Shown one piece after another: positions 10,401 through 25,200 of a stretch of DNA of 64,000 bases (positions are counted from its first letter, which is position 1; the number at the start of each line of letters is the position of its first letter). Where the stretch lies: positions 2,531,502-2,595,501 of the forward strand of contig NW_003526940.1 in assembly GCF_000181795.1 (NCBI RefSeq), written 5' to 3'. A model generated the notes under the pieces. It was not told the DNA's origin, made no database searches, and saw only the letters and a list, made by a program, of their open reading frames with translations. The DNA is from Trichinella spiralis (Eukaryota). The position numbers were made by a program, and so were the translations under genes.

Positions 10401-11429
10401 ATGTAATCATCTTAAAGTGAGTATTGTGAATTACTTTTCAGCTTCAGTATTTTAAGCATTACCATTATTGTTGTCATCTACGATGATTTTTATGGTAGTT
10501 AAATTTCCAGAAAGTTAAAGTTATTTTTACAATTTGTATCCGTAAAGTTTTGAAATAAATATGAAGAATTTGTTTGTTTTTTGCGTAATTATGTTGAGAC
10601 TAAATTTTACTTTTAGAAACTGAAGAACTAAACTTTTTGTTATATGTATATATATATGTATTCAATTCATATATACATGTATTTGCGTGGTTGAATGTTT
10701 CATTGAGTAATTGTATTTTTTGTGGTCTCGGTAATTAATTATTGCTAATTTTCAAGGGGGAATGGTTCTCTTGTTAACATGCTTGTCATATATTCCTTTG
10801 TATAAACTATTTATTATTCAAACAGAGTTGTCCTAGAATCATAAATGCATTGAGGATAATAATGAATATTAAATATTTTTAATTTTGTTGTACGTTTTGC
10901 ACAGTAGCTCAAATTGAGATTTCTTTTCGTTGTTAACCGTTTCTTTAGGATGTTGCATTTTCAATGTTATCTTAGTTCTCATAGTTTAATGACAGTTTTA
11001 AAGTTTTAAGTTTTCTGTAGCATTTCATTCTTGAATTTTTCTTTCTTCTGACATGAGCTAGCTTATGAATGTAAATAAATAAATTTTGAGTTTGTACATT
11101 CATTTTTTATTTTTGACACTGCATGAAGTTTACTTTTTTCGAAAATTAAATTTTTTGTTTATTCTTGTAATAAGCTGCAGTTGTTATGTTAAATTATAAT
11201 GGAAAGCGAAAAGCTTAGATTTTAAATATTTTAAATGCATTAAGACTACTTTTTGTTTTGTTTTTTGAAAATTTTGGTTGTAAACGTGGGAGCTTTAGAT
11301 GAATTACTGTACTCTTTACAAAAGTGATTTTTAGGTTAAGTATATTGTAAGCTTTTTTTCCTATTATGAATATAATAATAAATTAAAATTGTAATGTTTT
11401 GAAATAAGTTTTGCAATTTTTAGATTATC

Positions 11430-14400
11430 ATGGTGAGAAGAAGGTATCAGCGTGCGCAGGTATGTGAATGAAAATTGGAATCTGCCTTGAATATTTAAAA
11501 ATAAAATTGAATTGGCACATGTGAAAGTTGCTGTTTTAGCCATCGAATAGTAGACGGGCAGCTGAACTGGTCGCAGAGTCCGGTGGGCTGAGAACATTTT
11601 CCGTTTTTGCACAGAACACTGCCTCGGATAGCAATGTGACAGCTGTAACCATGATGTCATTGCCAATTCCATTTAAAGATGTTTTTAAGAAAATTTTTAA
11701 AAAAGAAGTCGATACCAAGTACAAGGTACAGCATTGCTAAATATTTTCAAGCTACACGAGCTGTTTTATTCTTCAGATTTCCATCACAACTCTGCCGTGC
11801 ATTTATCAGTCTGTAGTATATTTTTTGTAAATTTAAGTTGCTGTTTAAGGATTTTTTGAAGGAAAACTCATTTTTGATCCAGTTGTTTTTACGAAGGAGC
11901 AGTTATCTTTTTTTATTTTGTGTAATGAATAAGTTTAGCATAAGAACAGTTGAAATTATTTATTTTGTTTGACGTTATTATTAATAATAACAGTAGATTT
12001 GTCGTAATAACTTTATTTAAAAATTTACTGGTTTCATAATTAGCATATTGATTAATGTGCGTTTATTGATTTTTGAGTAATAGCTTTTTAATAAATTTGT
12101 TAAATAAATAAATGAATTTATGTATGTATGTACGTATGAAACTGTATTTATTTTAGGGAATGAGCGAACTGATTAATTTAATTGCAGTCTCTGATGTGCA
12201 GCAAGTTATGCCTTCTTTTGCTTATTGGAATCGGTTTTACGCCCGAAGTGCTTTAGTAATAGATTTGTGGTAGTTTGTTAATTTTGATATTAGTTATGAT
12301 TGTATTTTTGTTTTTAGGACCCGATTTCAGGAATACGAAAGTTGTCACATGAAGTTTGTACTGCCTTTTTGATGAAGGTGTTGCCATGCCAGCGGAAGCC
12401 GGTGGATGATGCACTGATTTATTTACTGTTGGGCGTTTTCGACCCCAAAAAGGAAGTTGCAGTCACCGCCAAAGACGGAATCAATTTTTTCAATAGTGTT
12501 ACAAATACTGAGTTTAACTCTCTTTTTACAGAAAATTGGTGTCGAGTAAGAAAGATATCTTTTATTTTATAATTGCGAATATTTTTTTAAAATAAGTTTT
12601 GGTTAATTTTTATCTTGTATTAATAACACATTTAATTACATATTTCGTTTAAAAGTAATGACTGTACAACTTTTATGAAAATAAGTAAACTGAAAAAAAT
12701 ATATAAATACATAAGTTTCTTTTATTGCAGACATGTTGTCGAATGCTAATAAACGACGAAGGGACGATCCCCGCTCTGAGGTATTCAAAACAAAAAATCG
12801 TCAATCTGTTTCTTCAATTTGTTAATAAAGGAAAAATTTGTTGTAAATCCAAGGCGTAAAAATTTTAATTTTTGAACCTCATTGCAGTTTTCATACGTTG
12901 CATGCATAGCTTAGCGTAGAATGAATGATCAGTTATGACAGTTATGTTGAGTGTAAAGTTTTTTGTCAATAACTTACTTTAAAAGCGGGCATATTTCTCG
13001 AGCTTGTTTTATCTTATGCTTTTTTTAGCGAATTGGATTCGAGATTGGACGTGACGCTTAGCATATGCTTGGAAAGCTTAAGCTGGGCGTTGGGCAGATC
13101 TTTAATCACGGAAGGATCACCTCAATTTGGCGTGGTGCAGTCGTTAGGGAAGTGCATCACTTTTTGGGATTTACCACTTTTGTGCGATGAAGTACGTAAT
13201 CTTTTTATAAAGACCTTTTGAATATTTTTTTTGTATGCACATACGTACGTACATGTGTATGTATTTATGTATATTTGTTTCAGAAATTGGATCTTGTCAA
13301 TTCTTGGTATCGAACGGTTCAATCTTTAGTTCCGGTTTTTATACACTCATCTCAAAGTTTGATACTGAAAAGACTGTATACTTCCATACAAAAAAGCATG
13401 ACATCCATACAACTGTGCACATTTCGTTACATGTTCGGTGTGATATCCGAATTGAATAAGTTGGTGGAGGTGAGAGATTATTTTATATTTATTTTTTTGT
13501 TCTCGCAACTAATGCATGGACAATTTAATAATTTATAATTGTGTGTGTGTATTATATTTTAAAATACATGCGTATGAGATTGTTATGAGGGATTATTGTT
13601 CTTTTTCAGGATGTTTGGGTGCATGTTGATTGTGGACGATTTATTTCTTGCCTTGCAACAGCAATTTCGGATTCACTGGACAGTGATAGCCTGTGCGACG
13701 GTGCGAAATTGTTTGCACCATTTTTTGCTATTTTGCCACCCGCATCAGACGATGTGAAAATACAACGAATAGGACTTGTCGTAACCAATTTGGCAGTAAA
13801 GTATATATAATTTTTATTTTTTAATTTACATTTGTCATTTATTTATAGTAATAATTTTTTTTGTATTTGAATATGCTTCAGGGTGAAGACATGTTTGACG
13901 AAGGAGAATTGTGAGAAACGTGTCATTGACTCGCTGTTAGTTGAACAATTGGCAGTTTTAAAATTTTTGAAAGATGTGGACAACGTTACTACCAATGATA
14001 GTGCAGGATTGAATTATTTGGTAAATTATTGTTTGTTTTTTTAAAATTAATTCTATTTATTATTTTTGCTATTGTTGTTGTAGGTGACTTTTGCGTACGG
14101 GCGATGCATTAAATTTTACCCAGCTTCTGATCAGGATGTGGTGATTCAGTGTTGTAAAGATTTTGTGGAATTTGTAATTAAACTGAGCGACATGAATTCA
14201 AGTTTTAAGCCGTTCTTGGAAGATTTGTGCAAGCACGTTTTGTTGATGGTTGATAGTTTGTTGGAAGACGACACTGTTGCAAGCGAGAATTTATCTTTGC
14301 TCATTTCGAACCTTCTGTATCCAGAATCGGCATTGTTGCATCGATTTATAAAGCCGATATTTGAGCAAATTTTGGATACGCAACGTTTTTGGTTGTTGAA

Positions 14401-17400
14401 TCAAAATTGTGATTTTGATGAAAATTTGGAAAAGTTCAAAAAGCTGTGCGAAATGGAGCGCAGCATTGAAACCGATGCTTCGAAGTACGTGAAAAAGATT
14501 TACGAATCGATGAGCAACGTGAACAGATTTTTACTGTTGGAATCGAACGACCGTGTATCGGCGATGCAAATTTATTTTTTGTTGGTCAACTTGATGAATG
14601 AAGAAGACCGTACTATGGCTTTGGATAGAATTTACAAAGTATACATGCGTACATTTCACGCGTATGTTTTTTTCTTTTAATTCCGGTAATTTGCTTTCAG
14701 ATGGAACACTTTTCAATCATAGAAACGATTGCCGCATTGACTTCATCGAATAAGATGAAGTTCGATTTTAGCCGATATCATCCGGCTGATTCGGCGCGAC
14801 GTTTTTTGAACTGTCTATTGCACGATGATTGTCTGACAATTGAGAAATCTTGCAAAGAAGTGGCAAATTTACTTTTGACATTTTTGAAAGGTTCGTTTTA
14901 TTGTTGTTTAGTTTAAAAAATGGTTTTTGATTTTTCGATTGTAATAATTTTTAGAAATTAAAACTGAAGAATCCCCTTTGAATGTTATTCTCAATCGTGA
15001 AGCGTTACGCCACTGGTCTAACGTGGCGAAAGTTGCCGTTTTGGCGAGAGGTTTATTCATGTGTGAGGTAATCAACCATTCGCACTTTTTTACACTTACT
15101 TTTCAATTTTATTTTTCATGTTCAGGAATTTTGGAATGGCCATTTGAAAGAAGAAGCATGCCGATTGTTGATTACTTTATTTACATATTGTTATGGTGAA
15201 CATGGCAAGAATGTGATTTGTTCTTTAGAATCAGATGTCGATACTCTGCGCGGTTCTGTTACAATAGCGTTGTTGTATGCTTTTCATACGATAACATCGA
15301 TGGGCGAGTTCTCCGTGGCAGATTCTCTGCTGGAGCAGATGAGTTCGCTTGTCAGAGAGGAGGTTTTTGAAAAAGAGTTAAGCCAAGAAAGGTAAATTGA
15401 AAAAGCTTGCTGTTTTGTTTGAAAATTATAATATTTTAAAATTGTTTTATTGTTTTCAAATTTCAGGATATCGTATGCGAAAGAATACGCGAAGGTGATT
15501 TTTCACTGCATGAATCATTGCAAGCAAGTCGATTCTGCTTACTCTACGAAATTTATTTGCGATCAACTGTTGCCTTCACACGATCAGTGGATCAAATTTA
15601 TGGACACTTTGGCTTCTGAGGTTGTCGGAAGAAAATTATTTGCAATTTCATTTCATTTATCCATATTTATTTTTGCAGTGGCGTGCATTGGCCGTTGTCA
15701 ACAACGCTTTACCTGCGTCAATTTTGAATGCGGACAATTTCAGCGGGGAAGTGTTCCCACGAAATTTAGCCGAAGACGAAGAGAACATGTGTCGATATTT
15801 GAATATGCGCAGCTATTTTTGTCTGATCGGGGTATTCTGTGCCAACGTGGCCAAGAGCAAAGCCGCCGACAAGCCCGTTTCGATCCAATATATTAGGCAG
15901 TTGTTCGACATTTTTGGAACCGCCCAATATTTGCATCTTGCCAGGTCGAATTGCTTTGATTTTGGCTTTTTCAAACAGTTCGATTCAATACTGACCGACA
16001 CCCAGTACTGCGACGACCGGCTCAGCTGTTTTGTCTTCCACTTGATCAAAGGTAAAATGGTTCCCAATTTCGTGTTCGAATTTGACGGCTCGGACGAACC
16101 GTTGTGCTTGCTCGGCTTGAGCAATTTGCTTGCCAAGGACGTGAAATTGTTGAACAAACTTTCCCACGACGACGGTTTTTCTGACGTGGTGGGCATCAGC
16201 GACGAGGAAGGATCCGAATCGAAGAGTTTCGCCGCGTCGGATGTGAGCTGTGCCATGCTGCTTTCGGATACCGAGCTCGACTCTGAAGCTCAGCAAATTT
16301 TGAATTCTGAAATCGAAACCGAAGACACTCTTACTCCCACTCCCACTCCCACTCCCACACCCACTGCCACCGCCACTGCCACTGACGACGACAATCCATT
16401 CATTGGAGCAGATGCCGACGATTTGGTGGCCAGTGTTCACGACATTGTCAAAGATATGCTGGTCGGCAAGGACAATGTTGAACAGTACTTGAAATTGTTG
16501 TGGGTGGTGAACATGCCGCTGTCATCGGGGATTCCACTGCAGCAAGATGATCAGATGGAATTGACCAAAGAGAATTTCGTGGATATTTTCACGGCGGCTC
16601 GACTTTACTCTGACGATATGTTGGAAAAGTTGTTCCAAAAGTTGGTGGACGATATTGATCAAATTGATAAATTTATTTTGTAAGTGATATTCTGTCGACG
16701 TCTCTTTTGCATACTAATAATAAGTGTGTTATTATTTTCTTAAGCGAAGAAGGAGACGATACGGAAAACTGTGTACGTCATTTAACTTACCTGCAGCTGT
16801 TGCAGTTGTTGTTCGATCGTGGTTATGAGTTTAAGCGTAAAATGATCGAAAACATATTTTTCATGCTTACCAGAATAATGGAAGTAATTATATTTATATA
16901 TGTCACGAATACTTTGAGAATTATGATGACAAAAGAAGGAATATTTCTTTTTTTTTAGTTTTCCGCCCGTTTGAAGGGCATACAGTTTGTGGTGCACTGC
17001 ATCATGGGTTTGCACTGTTGCAACATGTTGTCGGAAAAATTGAATTACAACAAATTTACTCATTTAACAGAAGAAGAACAATTGCAGTGCAAACAAGAAT
17101 GGTTCCAATTTTTCCTCTGCCAATGCATCGACAATCACTTGGATACATTCTTTTATCATGCGGGTAAATTCGATTCGATGCTTTTATTTGCTTTATTGTT
17201 ATTTTGGAATATTTCAGAGAATTTTTCAAACTGTACAATGCGTCGATTGCTGATCTACAGACTCGCAGTTTTCATTTCATCTCTTCCTCGTGATGCTCTG
17301 ATGAAACCTGTCAAAAACGTTTTGCTGTCTGCTAAGCTTTCAGCTTTGAAGTGCGATTATTTTTCGTTCATGTATGATGTGTGTTTATTTTACTTTTATT

Positions 17401-19232
17401 GCTTTCAGCTATCCTGAATCCTTGCAAACTATAATCAGTCGAATGCTGATGTTGTTGCGCAAACAAACAGCGACTTCGTTCATTTTTGGACTTGCGGCGT
17501 ATTTCTGTTTACGCAAGTGGGTTTTTCTTAATAATAATAATAATAATAAATACATTGTGCATGTTTGTTATTCAGATTGTTGCCGGATGTGGCTATTTAC
17601 GAGAAAAGTGAAGCTCAGAATGGTTTGATGAAGTACGTATGAATTTGATTCGATTGGATTAGATGAATGCAAAAGAAAAACAACAAAACAGGAGAGGAGA
17701 TGTTTTCTTTTTCGTATACTTTAGGGAAGTGCCAAGTTATTTTCATGAATTTCTGGACGATGTCAGACAAGCTTCGAGCGTCAGTCGTTTCAGCAATTCG
17801 TTTTTAATTTTCATGTACAAATACATGATAATATGGAAATTGCTGTTTGAATACATTGCCATTGTTGATAAATCACAACAAGATGGCTACCGGGAATGGC
17901 TGTACCAGCAGCAGCATTTTATCCATTTGTGGAGAATTTTGGTGACGTTTTTTGTCGAACATCCGGCCGATGTGGAACAAGTGAAAAAGGCGATCAATCT
18001 TTTCAGCCCAATTGAAAGTGGACGAAATGCTCAAAAGATGAACATTGTCATGTTCACTGACGATGTGTTCAACAAAATTTCTGGTGAAAACTTTTTCTTT
18101 TATCTATTGGTTAAACAAGGAATGCAAAGTGTATTTGCATTTTTTAAAAATCACTTTTTTTAGATACTGCGAGCGTTGTTTGGTGGCTTTCATTGTGCGT
18201 ATTTCGGGACTTTTTGACACTTTTCCCCACCGTTACCAGACAATTTTGGAGATCAGAAAAGTTGCTCACTTCACGTATTAAGAGGTGCAAAAAGAAGGAA
18301 AAACAATATGTATTGCTTGCTTGCTTAATTGTTTTTTATTTTTAAGCTTTATAAGCAAACATCTCAGTCCATCTCTTATTAAAGACGAGTTCAAACTTTT
18401 GTCCGATCACAAAGCAACTTCGAAGAAAATGAAGGCAAGCATTTCTTCTTCTTCTTCTTCTTATTCATCGCCGTAGTTGTGGTTATTTCTACTGCTGATA
18501 TTAATAATTAATAATTCTGTGATACTTTTGTTAGAATGATATTAAGCAAAAAAATACATTTTTCAATCTTATCAGCAGTACTGTAATAATTAATTAGTAA
18601 TTCGATTTTTTGTTTAAAGTTGCATCAAGTTGATGGCTGATTGATTGTTTGGTTTAGATTACATTGTGCCCGAATGTGAGCGAAGTAGTCATAGCGTATG
18701 GAAAAGATGATTTTACCATTTCTTTCACAATGAAGTTGCCTTCCAATTACCCGTTGAATAGCACAGACGTGTTTTTGAATGTCGCGTCCGGTGTTCCGAA
18801 AGATTCGTTCAACTTTTGGATAAGAAAATTAGCGATGCGATTGCAGAAACATGTAAAAAAAGCAGAGTCGTTTTGCTGCACTAATTGCTGTTTCGTTTCG
18901 TATATTCATCAAAGCTTCTCTTGTTAAGGAGACCAATCTGTTGGATAGTTTGCTTCTGTGGCAGGCTGAGGTGGATAAAGTTTTGGAACGAATGGACGTT
19001 TGTCCGGTGTGCTTGTCGTACACAACATCCGAGGGTCATTTGCCGAGTAAAAAGTGTTACCAATGCAAGCATCAGTTTCACGGGTCATGCTTGGTAATAA
19101 TAATAATAATATTATTATTATTATATCACAGATGATTACATTTTTTGCATATTTTTATTTTAGCAACAGTGGTTTCAGTCCACTGACAGGCCTTCCTGTC
19201 CACTTTGCAGGGAACTGTTTGTGCAGAAGTGA
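11430..19232 (+). CDS. LTN1: E3 ubiquitin-protein ligase listerin (ribosome quality control), >20 exons
   Basis: N-terminus MVRRRYQRAQ|PSNSRRAAELV...FKKIFKKEVDTKYK|GMSELI...YWNRFY. C-terminal RWD-like LPSNYPL and RING CPVC...CYQCKHQFHGSCL|QQWFQSTDRPSCPLC. Splice sites join in frame; TGA at 19230-19232. Confidence 0.93.
16332..16385 (+). repeat. Coding hexamer repeat (ACTCCC/ACTGCC)n encoding TPTPTPTPTPTATATAT inside LTN1
   Basis: Visible directly and in ORF 15622..16683. Confidence 0.9.
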
Positions 19233-22200
19233 AATTTCACTCGTATCATCACATCACAAGTACCACTTTTTTATACTGAAAATTTTGTACATTTTTTAGC
19301 ATTTTAGTAAATTTTTATTTTTCAACAAATCGTTTTGCAAACTTTGGCTGAAAATAAAAAAGATGAACGCTTTGCTGTAATTTATTTATCTAATTTTAAT
19401 CATAAATTAATAGCTTTTTCCTTTTTGGTTGTTGTTATGAATGCAATTGTCGATTTTTCACAAAACGCACATAATATAACAATGATACAATGTTTCTTTT
19501 ATTATTATTTTTTATTCAATTAGTTGTTCAGTTGATTACTGTTTGCTTGGAAAGAGAAATTGGATTTGGGGATTTTCTGAATAGATCAACAATGATAATA
19601 ATAAATTAAATAGTTGATATGACGTCTGGGTCACAAAGGGGCAGTTTACTTTGAATGCTGAAGTCAACTCTGAACGGTGCTTTGTCTTTTTCTGTAAACA
19701 CAGTACTGCCACTGTAATCCGCTATGAGTGAATATACGCACTGTTTGCAGAACTGTTGAAAATTTGATCTGCTAAATTGTTGTGTTCACTTTTCTCCATG
19801 TTGAACGAGCTGACTGAACAATTTATAAAAAATATCCGTTTTTCTCATCGTACGCATTTTCAGCTTTGAACAGAAGCATATCCTTTTTCTAAAATTACTG
19901 TGGTGAAATTTTTTCTCAGTCCAATTTGCATATTTTTCACTTTAGTTCATGTTGTTTAATTTGAGTTCATTGGTTTTGTGTTTGAATTAATTATTAATAT
20001 GTATTTTTGTTGACTAGTGCTGGTTTATTATTTCATTGCTGAATTTTATAACCAGGGTAAATTTGAAACGTTTTTCCATCCATCCAGTTCAAGTCTCAAT
20101 TACGCACGAACGCGTGTATAATAATAAAGCGTAACAGAATCACTGACCGTGGTGGTGGTTCAGAGTTTATATAATGCAAACTGAACACTAGATGCATTGA
20201 CATTTATTTTAATGTAATTTTTTCAACCGTTTCTATTTATTATTAAAATAAGAAAATTATTCTCTGAAAAATTTTAAATATCAGCGAAAGGTGAAAATGA
20301 AAGAAAAACTTTATTGCTTATGTTTGTTTGCATTAGCATTAGCAGAATTTTTTTTTTGAAATTCACAGTCCGTGTTTGTTGATGTATTTATACAATATTC
20401 CAATTGATCATATTTGAATAGAAAATTGTGCAAATCTAGATTTGTTGGAATTTGTTAAATATTTGATGAAAAGAACAAAGCTCACATAAAATCATCTGCT
20501 TTATGTTGTTATTCTTGATAAATAAATGAAAATAAATAAAGACAACAACTTAAGTGCTGGGTGTTTTCTCATGACTTTATTATCAATTGGTGGTTCTTTG
20601 ATTATCTTTAGATTGTCAACTTTTATGTATTACGTAAGATATCTTTATGACTCGTTATCAAATAATTTTACTAATTTGACGTTGGATTCTTGACACTGAC
20701 AGGTCGGCTTCGCTTGATGTGTTATCAAGTATAATAAAAGCAACTACGTAGGGTAATTTTGCTATTTCTTTCTATCAAATAAAAGAAAAAATATGATAAT
20801 ATTTTATTAAATAGATTGGTTTGTTTAATGGGATAATAAATGTAATAAGTGTATCTGGTAGATGAGAAGAAAAAGGATTAGAATGTAAAAGAAAATAGTG
20901 TAAAATTGACGTGTTGTATTTGATCAGAGAGAAAATAGAATCTGGTAGTGTTGTTGAGACAACAAGTTTTTGCTAGAAAGCCGCTCCCAACGACCTGAAT
21001 AGGGAACAATTGACCGAGCCTGCTGATTTGCTGCTATCTTCTATTTCACAGTAAGACACAAGTAGAAAGCTGTGCAGTATTTATGCGGGTCTGTAGCAGC
21101 AGCATAACTAACAATGATGTTGAATATGCTGGTTGAACAAGGCCGTCGTCGTCCATTGTACAGTTGTGGATTGGCATAGTGAAATACGTAGAAGCACGCA
21201 GCAGGAAACTGTCAATTTCCATTCACCCGTGTTTCCTATTAATTTTCCAACAGGCTGTACTTTCTTTCATTCAGCTAATTGACCCTCGACTTTATTAACA
21301 CGACAGTTTAGCATTCAATCAGTTGATCATCATCATTTGCTTCAACGCTTGTACTTCTACTGCTTGTTGGATAAATAATAAGGTAACTAATTGTTCAATT
21401 ATTAATTTCTGTTTCCTTTCCAAAAGGGAGGGGGGCGGGAGAACAGAACATGTAGATTACATGTTTTTCCCGAAAAACTGTTTCATTACTGTTGTTGCAT
21501 TTAATTGAAAAAGTTTAAATTTTAATTCAAAATTTGAAATTTCCAATTTCACTTCACAGTTTTTTGTTATTGCAATTCAAATTTCAATATTTTATATACT
21601 ATTATGCAATTGTTGACGTCGCAAAAAATCACCTTTGCTTAAGCAACAGCTAGCTAGCTGTTTCTTGTTGTTATGTTAATTTTGTTTACTCGAAAAAAAA
21701 TTTTCTTTACAAAATTGCTAATTTTGTGCAAAATTCATTCTAAGCAAAATATAGGTTTATTTTATTTCTTTTCCAACAATGTTCTTTTACTGGGGTTGCC
21801 ATTTCGATTCAATTTTCACTATCACGTCCAGTTGTGTAATACAGCAAACTGAGTAAGTATAATAATATAATAAGGGCCTTTTTAATAAATGTACAAGCAA
21901 ACAGACAAATATAATATGCATATGTTGTTGAAATTGAGAAGATGAAAAGTTTTTTTTGCTAATACGAATGTTTACCAGCTTATTTTATTACAAAAAATGT
22001 CAGTGATTAAAAGAAAAAATTTTTTCAATTGAAACGAATGCTATGTGGTAAAAATTTTCCTTTTTTATTCAATCTTTTTTCGTGATATCATACAATTTAT
22101 GAATTGTATTTAAAATATGAATGACAAAAATTAGTATTTCGTTTCTTTGCAACAAATATGGACCCTTCCATGTAGAGCTTTTTGATTTTTATTGCATGCA

Positions 22201-25200
22201 GGTATATTTGCACTGATAATAGTATCAGCTTATTTTTTGCAAAAAGAAAAATCAAATGAAGATTTGCTTTTTTTTCAATACAGTAATTATAATGTTGAGG
22301 TGGTGAACGTGATTGTGATTGATTTATATGTTCTGAACTTTCAAAATTGGTTATTTCAACGCCCACTGGATGGAGTCCATTTTGCACAATTGAGCATGAT
22401 GTGTGTTGATTAGGGGGCAGTTAGTTGGTTGTTTTGTCGGTATAAATTGGGCATAAAATGGAAAAATGTTCAATTTGATGATGGACAGACAGACGACCCC
22501 GGAAAAGAAGAAAAAGAAATGACCAGACCAAGTGGTGAGAAAGCAAACGCTCCATTGACCTGAAGTGGGATGCAATTCTCATCATCAGATAAGGATATCG
22601 GCTCCGTTTGATTTGGAAAATAGAAAAATGACTGATGACGGTAATCAAGGAAAATCAAGAAAGTCAGGTTGGTTTTGCTTGATTAGCACAAACGTTTTGC
22701 CGCGATTTCTTTCATGTTGTTGGTCAGTTTTGGACTGCTTCCAGTTTTTGCCATGGTCATTTTGCCAAACCGATGACCTGTCCGAGACCCGAGAACAGAC
22801 CAAGTCCAAGTGCCATTAGAGGCTGTTTTTGGCCTTCGCCTTGTCCTTCCTGAGTCGACATTGGCGATATGATCGCCACAGTCGCAGCTTACTGCTTTGC
22901 ATATTTTTATTTCACTTTTTTTTCCTCATCACATCTCTCGTCAATTTATCGTTCACTGATCAACTGAGATTCTTTTCATCAGAAGCCAAATATGTATATA
23001 TATAATTTGTTTTCTTAAGCACTTGTTTATTGTAATTTTTATGCGTCATTTAATTGGAGCAAGTGAAAATAATCAAATTTCTTCTTCTGTGCTGGAAAAT
23101 ATTTTTCCAGTTCAGAACTACACATTTGGCTAGAAGCAAAGAAAAGTTACTGTAGTGACAATATTCACTGACAGTTGAAAATTTGTTTTCCGCATATTTC
23201 GATCATGCAAAAAGTATGTGAAAGCAATATTTCAGGTTAAGTTCTGAAAATTGCATTGTTGGTGTTGTACAGATTTAGAAAACAAAAGCAAGAAGATGGC
23301 TTCAAATTTACCTGTCTCTTTGGGGGTCAAAATTTCGAAGGGGGTGGTGGGGGATTGTTTTCAGGCTTGTAAAATTCATGTTGATGATGTTGTTGTTGTT
23401 GTTGTTTTGCACATCTGATTGATGCACTGCTTATTCGACCCACATGTGCATAGAACTAACTGCTAATTTTGCGTTGAAGGCTAAATTTGTTGTAACTGGC
23501 GTGTTGTAACAATGTCCATTTGATCATGACATGATTTCAGTTTTTAAAATAAAAAAGCGAGTATTTTCTGTGCTGTCGTAATAATTTAACAATTTAATTA
23601 GAAATGTTGAAATAAAATGAATAGAGAAGACCATTCAGCAACAGTTAAAATGTTCAAAGTTTGTAAAATTGTGTTCCACGTCACAGTCATGTACCTGCTT
23701 ATTTTTATTAACAGTCGTAATTTAAATAAGAATAGTTTTGAAAATAAGTAAATAATATTTAAAAAAAAATAAACAATTATTTTGTTTTCAAATTTTTATT
23801 CCTGAATTATCGAACATTGATATTATTGATGAATTTAAAGAATCAATATTCAGAATTTTCTTTTTTCTTTGTATTTTATTTTTACATGTAATTTTTGCTC
23901 AAAGGTTAAATTCAAACGTGCCCTTATCAGATGCTCAGATGATGATAATCATCATCATCAGTAAGCTCTAAATAATTAATCGTGTTTCATTGTAAGAAAT
24001 CAATGACAACGTCGTTAGGCGTTTCAAAGTGTCAACTTTTATAACACTGCAAGTGCAATAATAATATTTCACGGAAGCATTATTTCAGCTCGAATTCAAG
24101 TCTTGAACTTAAAAATTAAATCTAATCCCATTGATAGAATATATTTAATTTAAAAAAAAACAAAATTATTTTCTACATCATATTTCATTTTTATCCTTCT
24201 TGTTATTTTTGTTTATATTTCAATTTTACAATCAATGTAATTTTTTCCTTTTTCATTTCTGATCTTAAATATATTTAAAAAATTATCAAAAAATATATGC
24301 ATATTTTTTGTATATTTAAATAACACGAAGAAAGCATTGTAAAATATCATTATGCATTTAGTACATTTAAAAAATGCAATTTTAAATTAATCATGCAAAA
24401 TAATATTTATCAAATATTTTTTATGCTGCATAAAAAACGTTTTGCCCTCATTGTCCGTACCTGAAATAAAATGATATTAATTTTCAGTTGAGTTTATAAA
24501 AAGTTCGACATTTCGTTGTTATTATTTATGACGTTTTTATGTAAAACATCATTTGCAGTCATTTTCATCAGGGGGTTATAAGAAAAAAACAAATTATAAA
24601 ACTGTTAAAATTATGTCACGAGTTTATCGTACTAAAGTAAAATAGAACAATTGAAAATAAAATACATAAATAAATAAATATATATATATATATGCATATA
24701 TTGAAAAGTGAATAAAAATAATAAAATATAAAATCGCGTACTATTTGGGAGGAAATTATTTATTATGAAAAATAAATTGATTGAGTTAAATATAAAGTTT
24801 GTTAATTTAGAAATTCACGAATCAGTGCTGTCAGTCGTCAACTGCCAATATCCAATGGCCAGTGTAAAAGGCATCGTATACCAAGACGGTCTTCTGACGA
24901 TTCAAGCAGCATCCAACAAACCGACTATAAGTGGTGCTCACAGTGACGAGGCGGAGCTTTGCAAAGCATTAGACAACGGCTTCGTTCCAGCAACTGAGAA
25001 AGAAAGAGTAAAAACGAGAACAGCTTTTATTATTATTAAACAAAATCTACTTTCTTCTTCTTTAAGGTAATGGAAGGAAAAACTGCTACTTGCGCCAAGG
25101 ACAAGGAAATTGTTACTTTTGCATGTACGTATAAATACTTTGTTTTTTCAATTTTTTAAATAAACATATTTGTGAAATTCAATAAATGTTACCAATTTAT

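Noticed and set aside
15813..16440. Antisense ORFs of 147 and 151 aa
   Set aside because: Shadows of the long LTN1 exon and its hexamer repeat.
19600..21400. ncRNA or small gene between LTN1 and the smoothelin-like gene
   Set aside because: No recognisable tRNA/snRNA/SL motif or credible ORF; possibly UTR exons or promoter.
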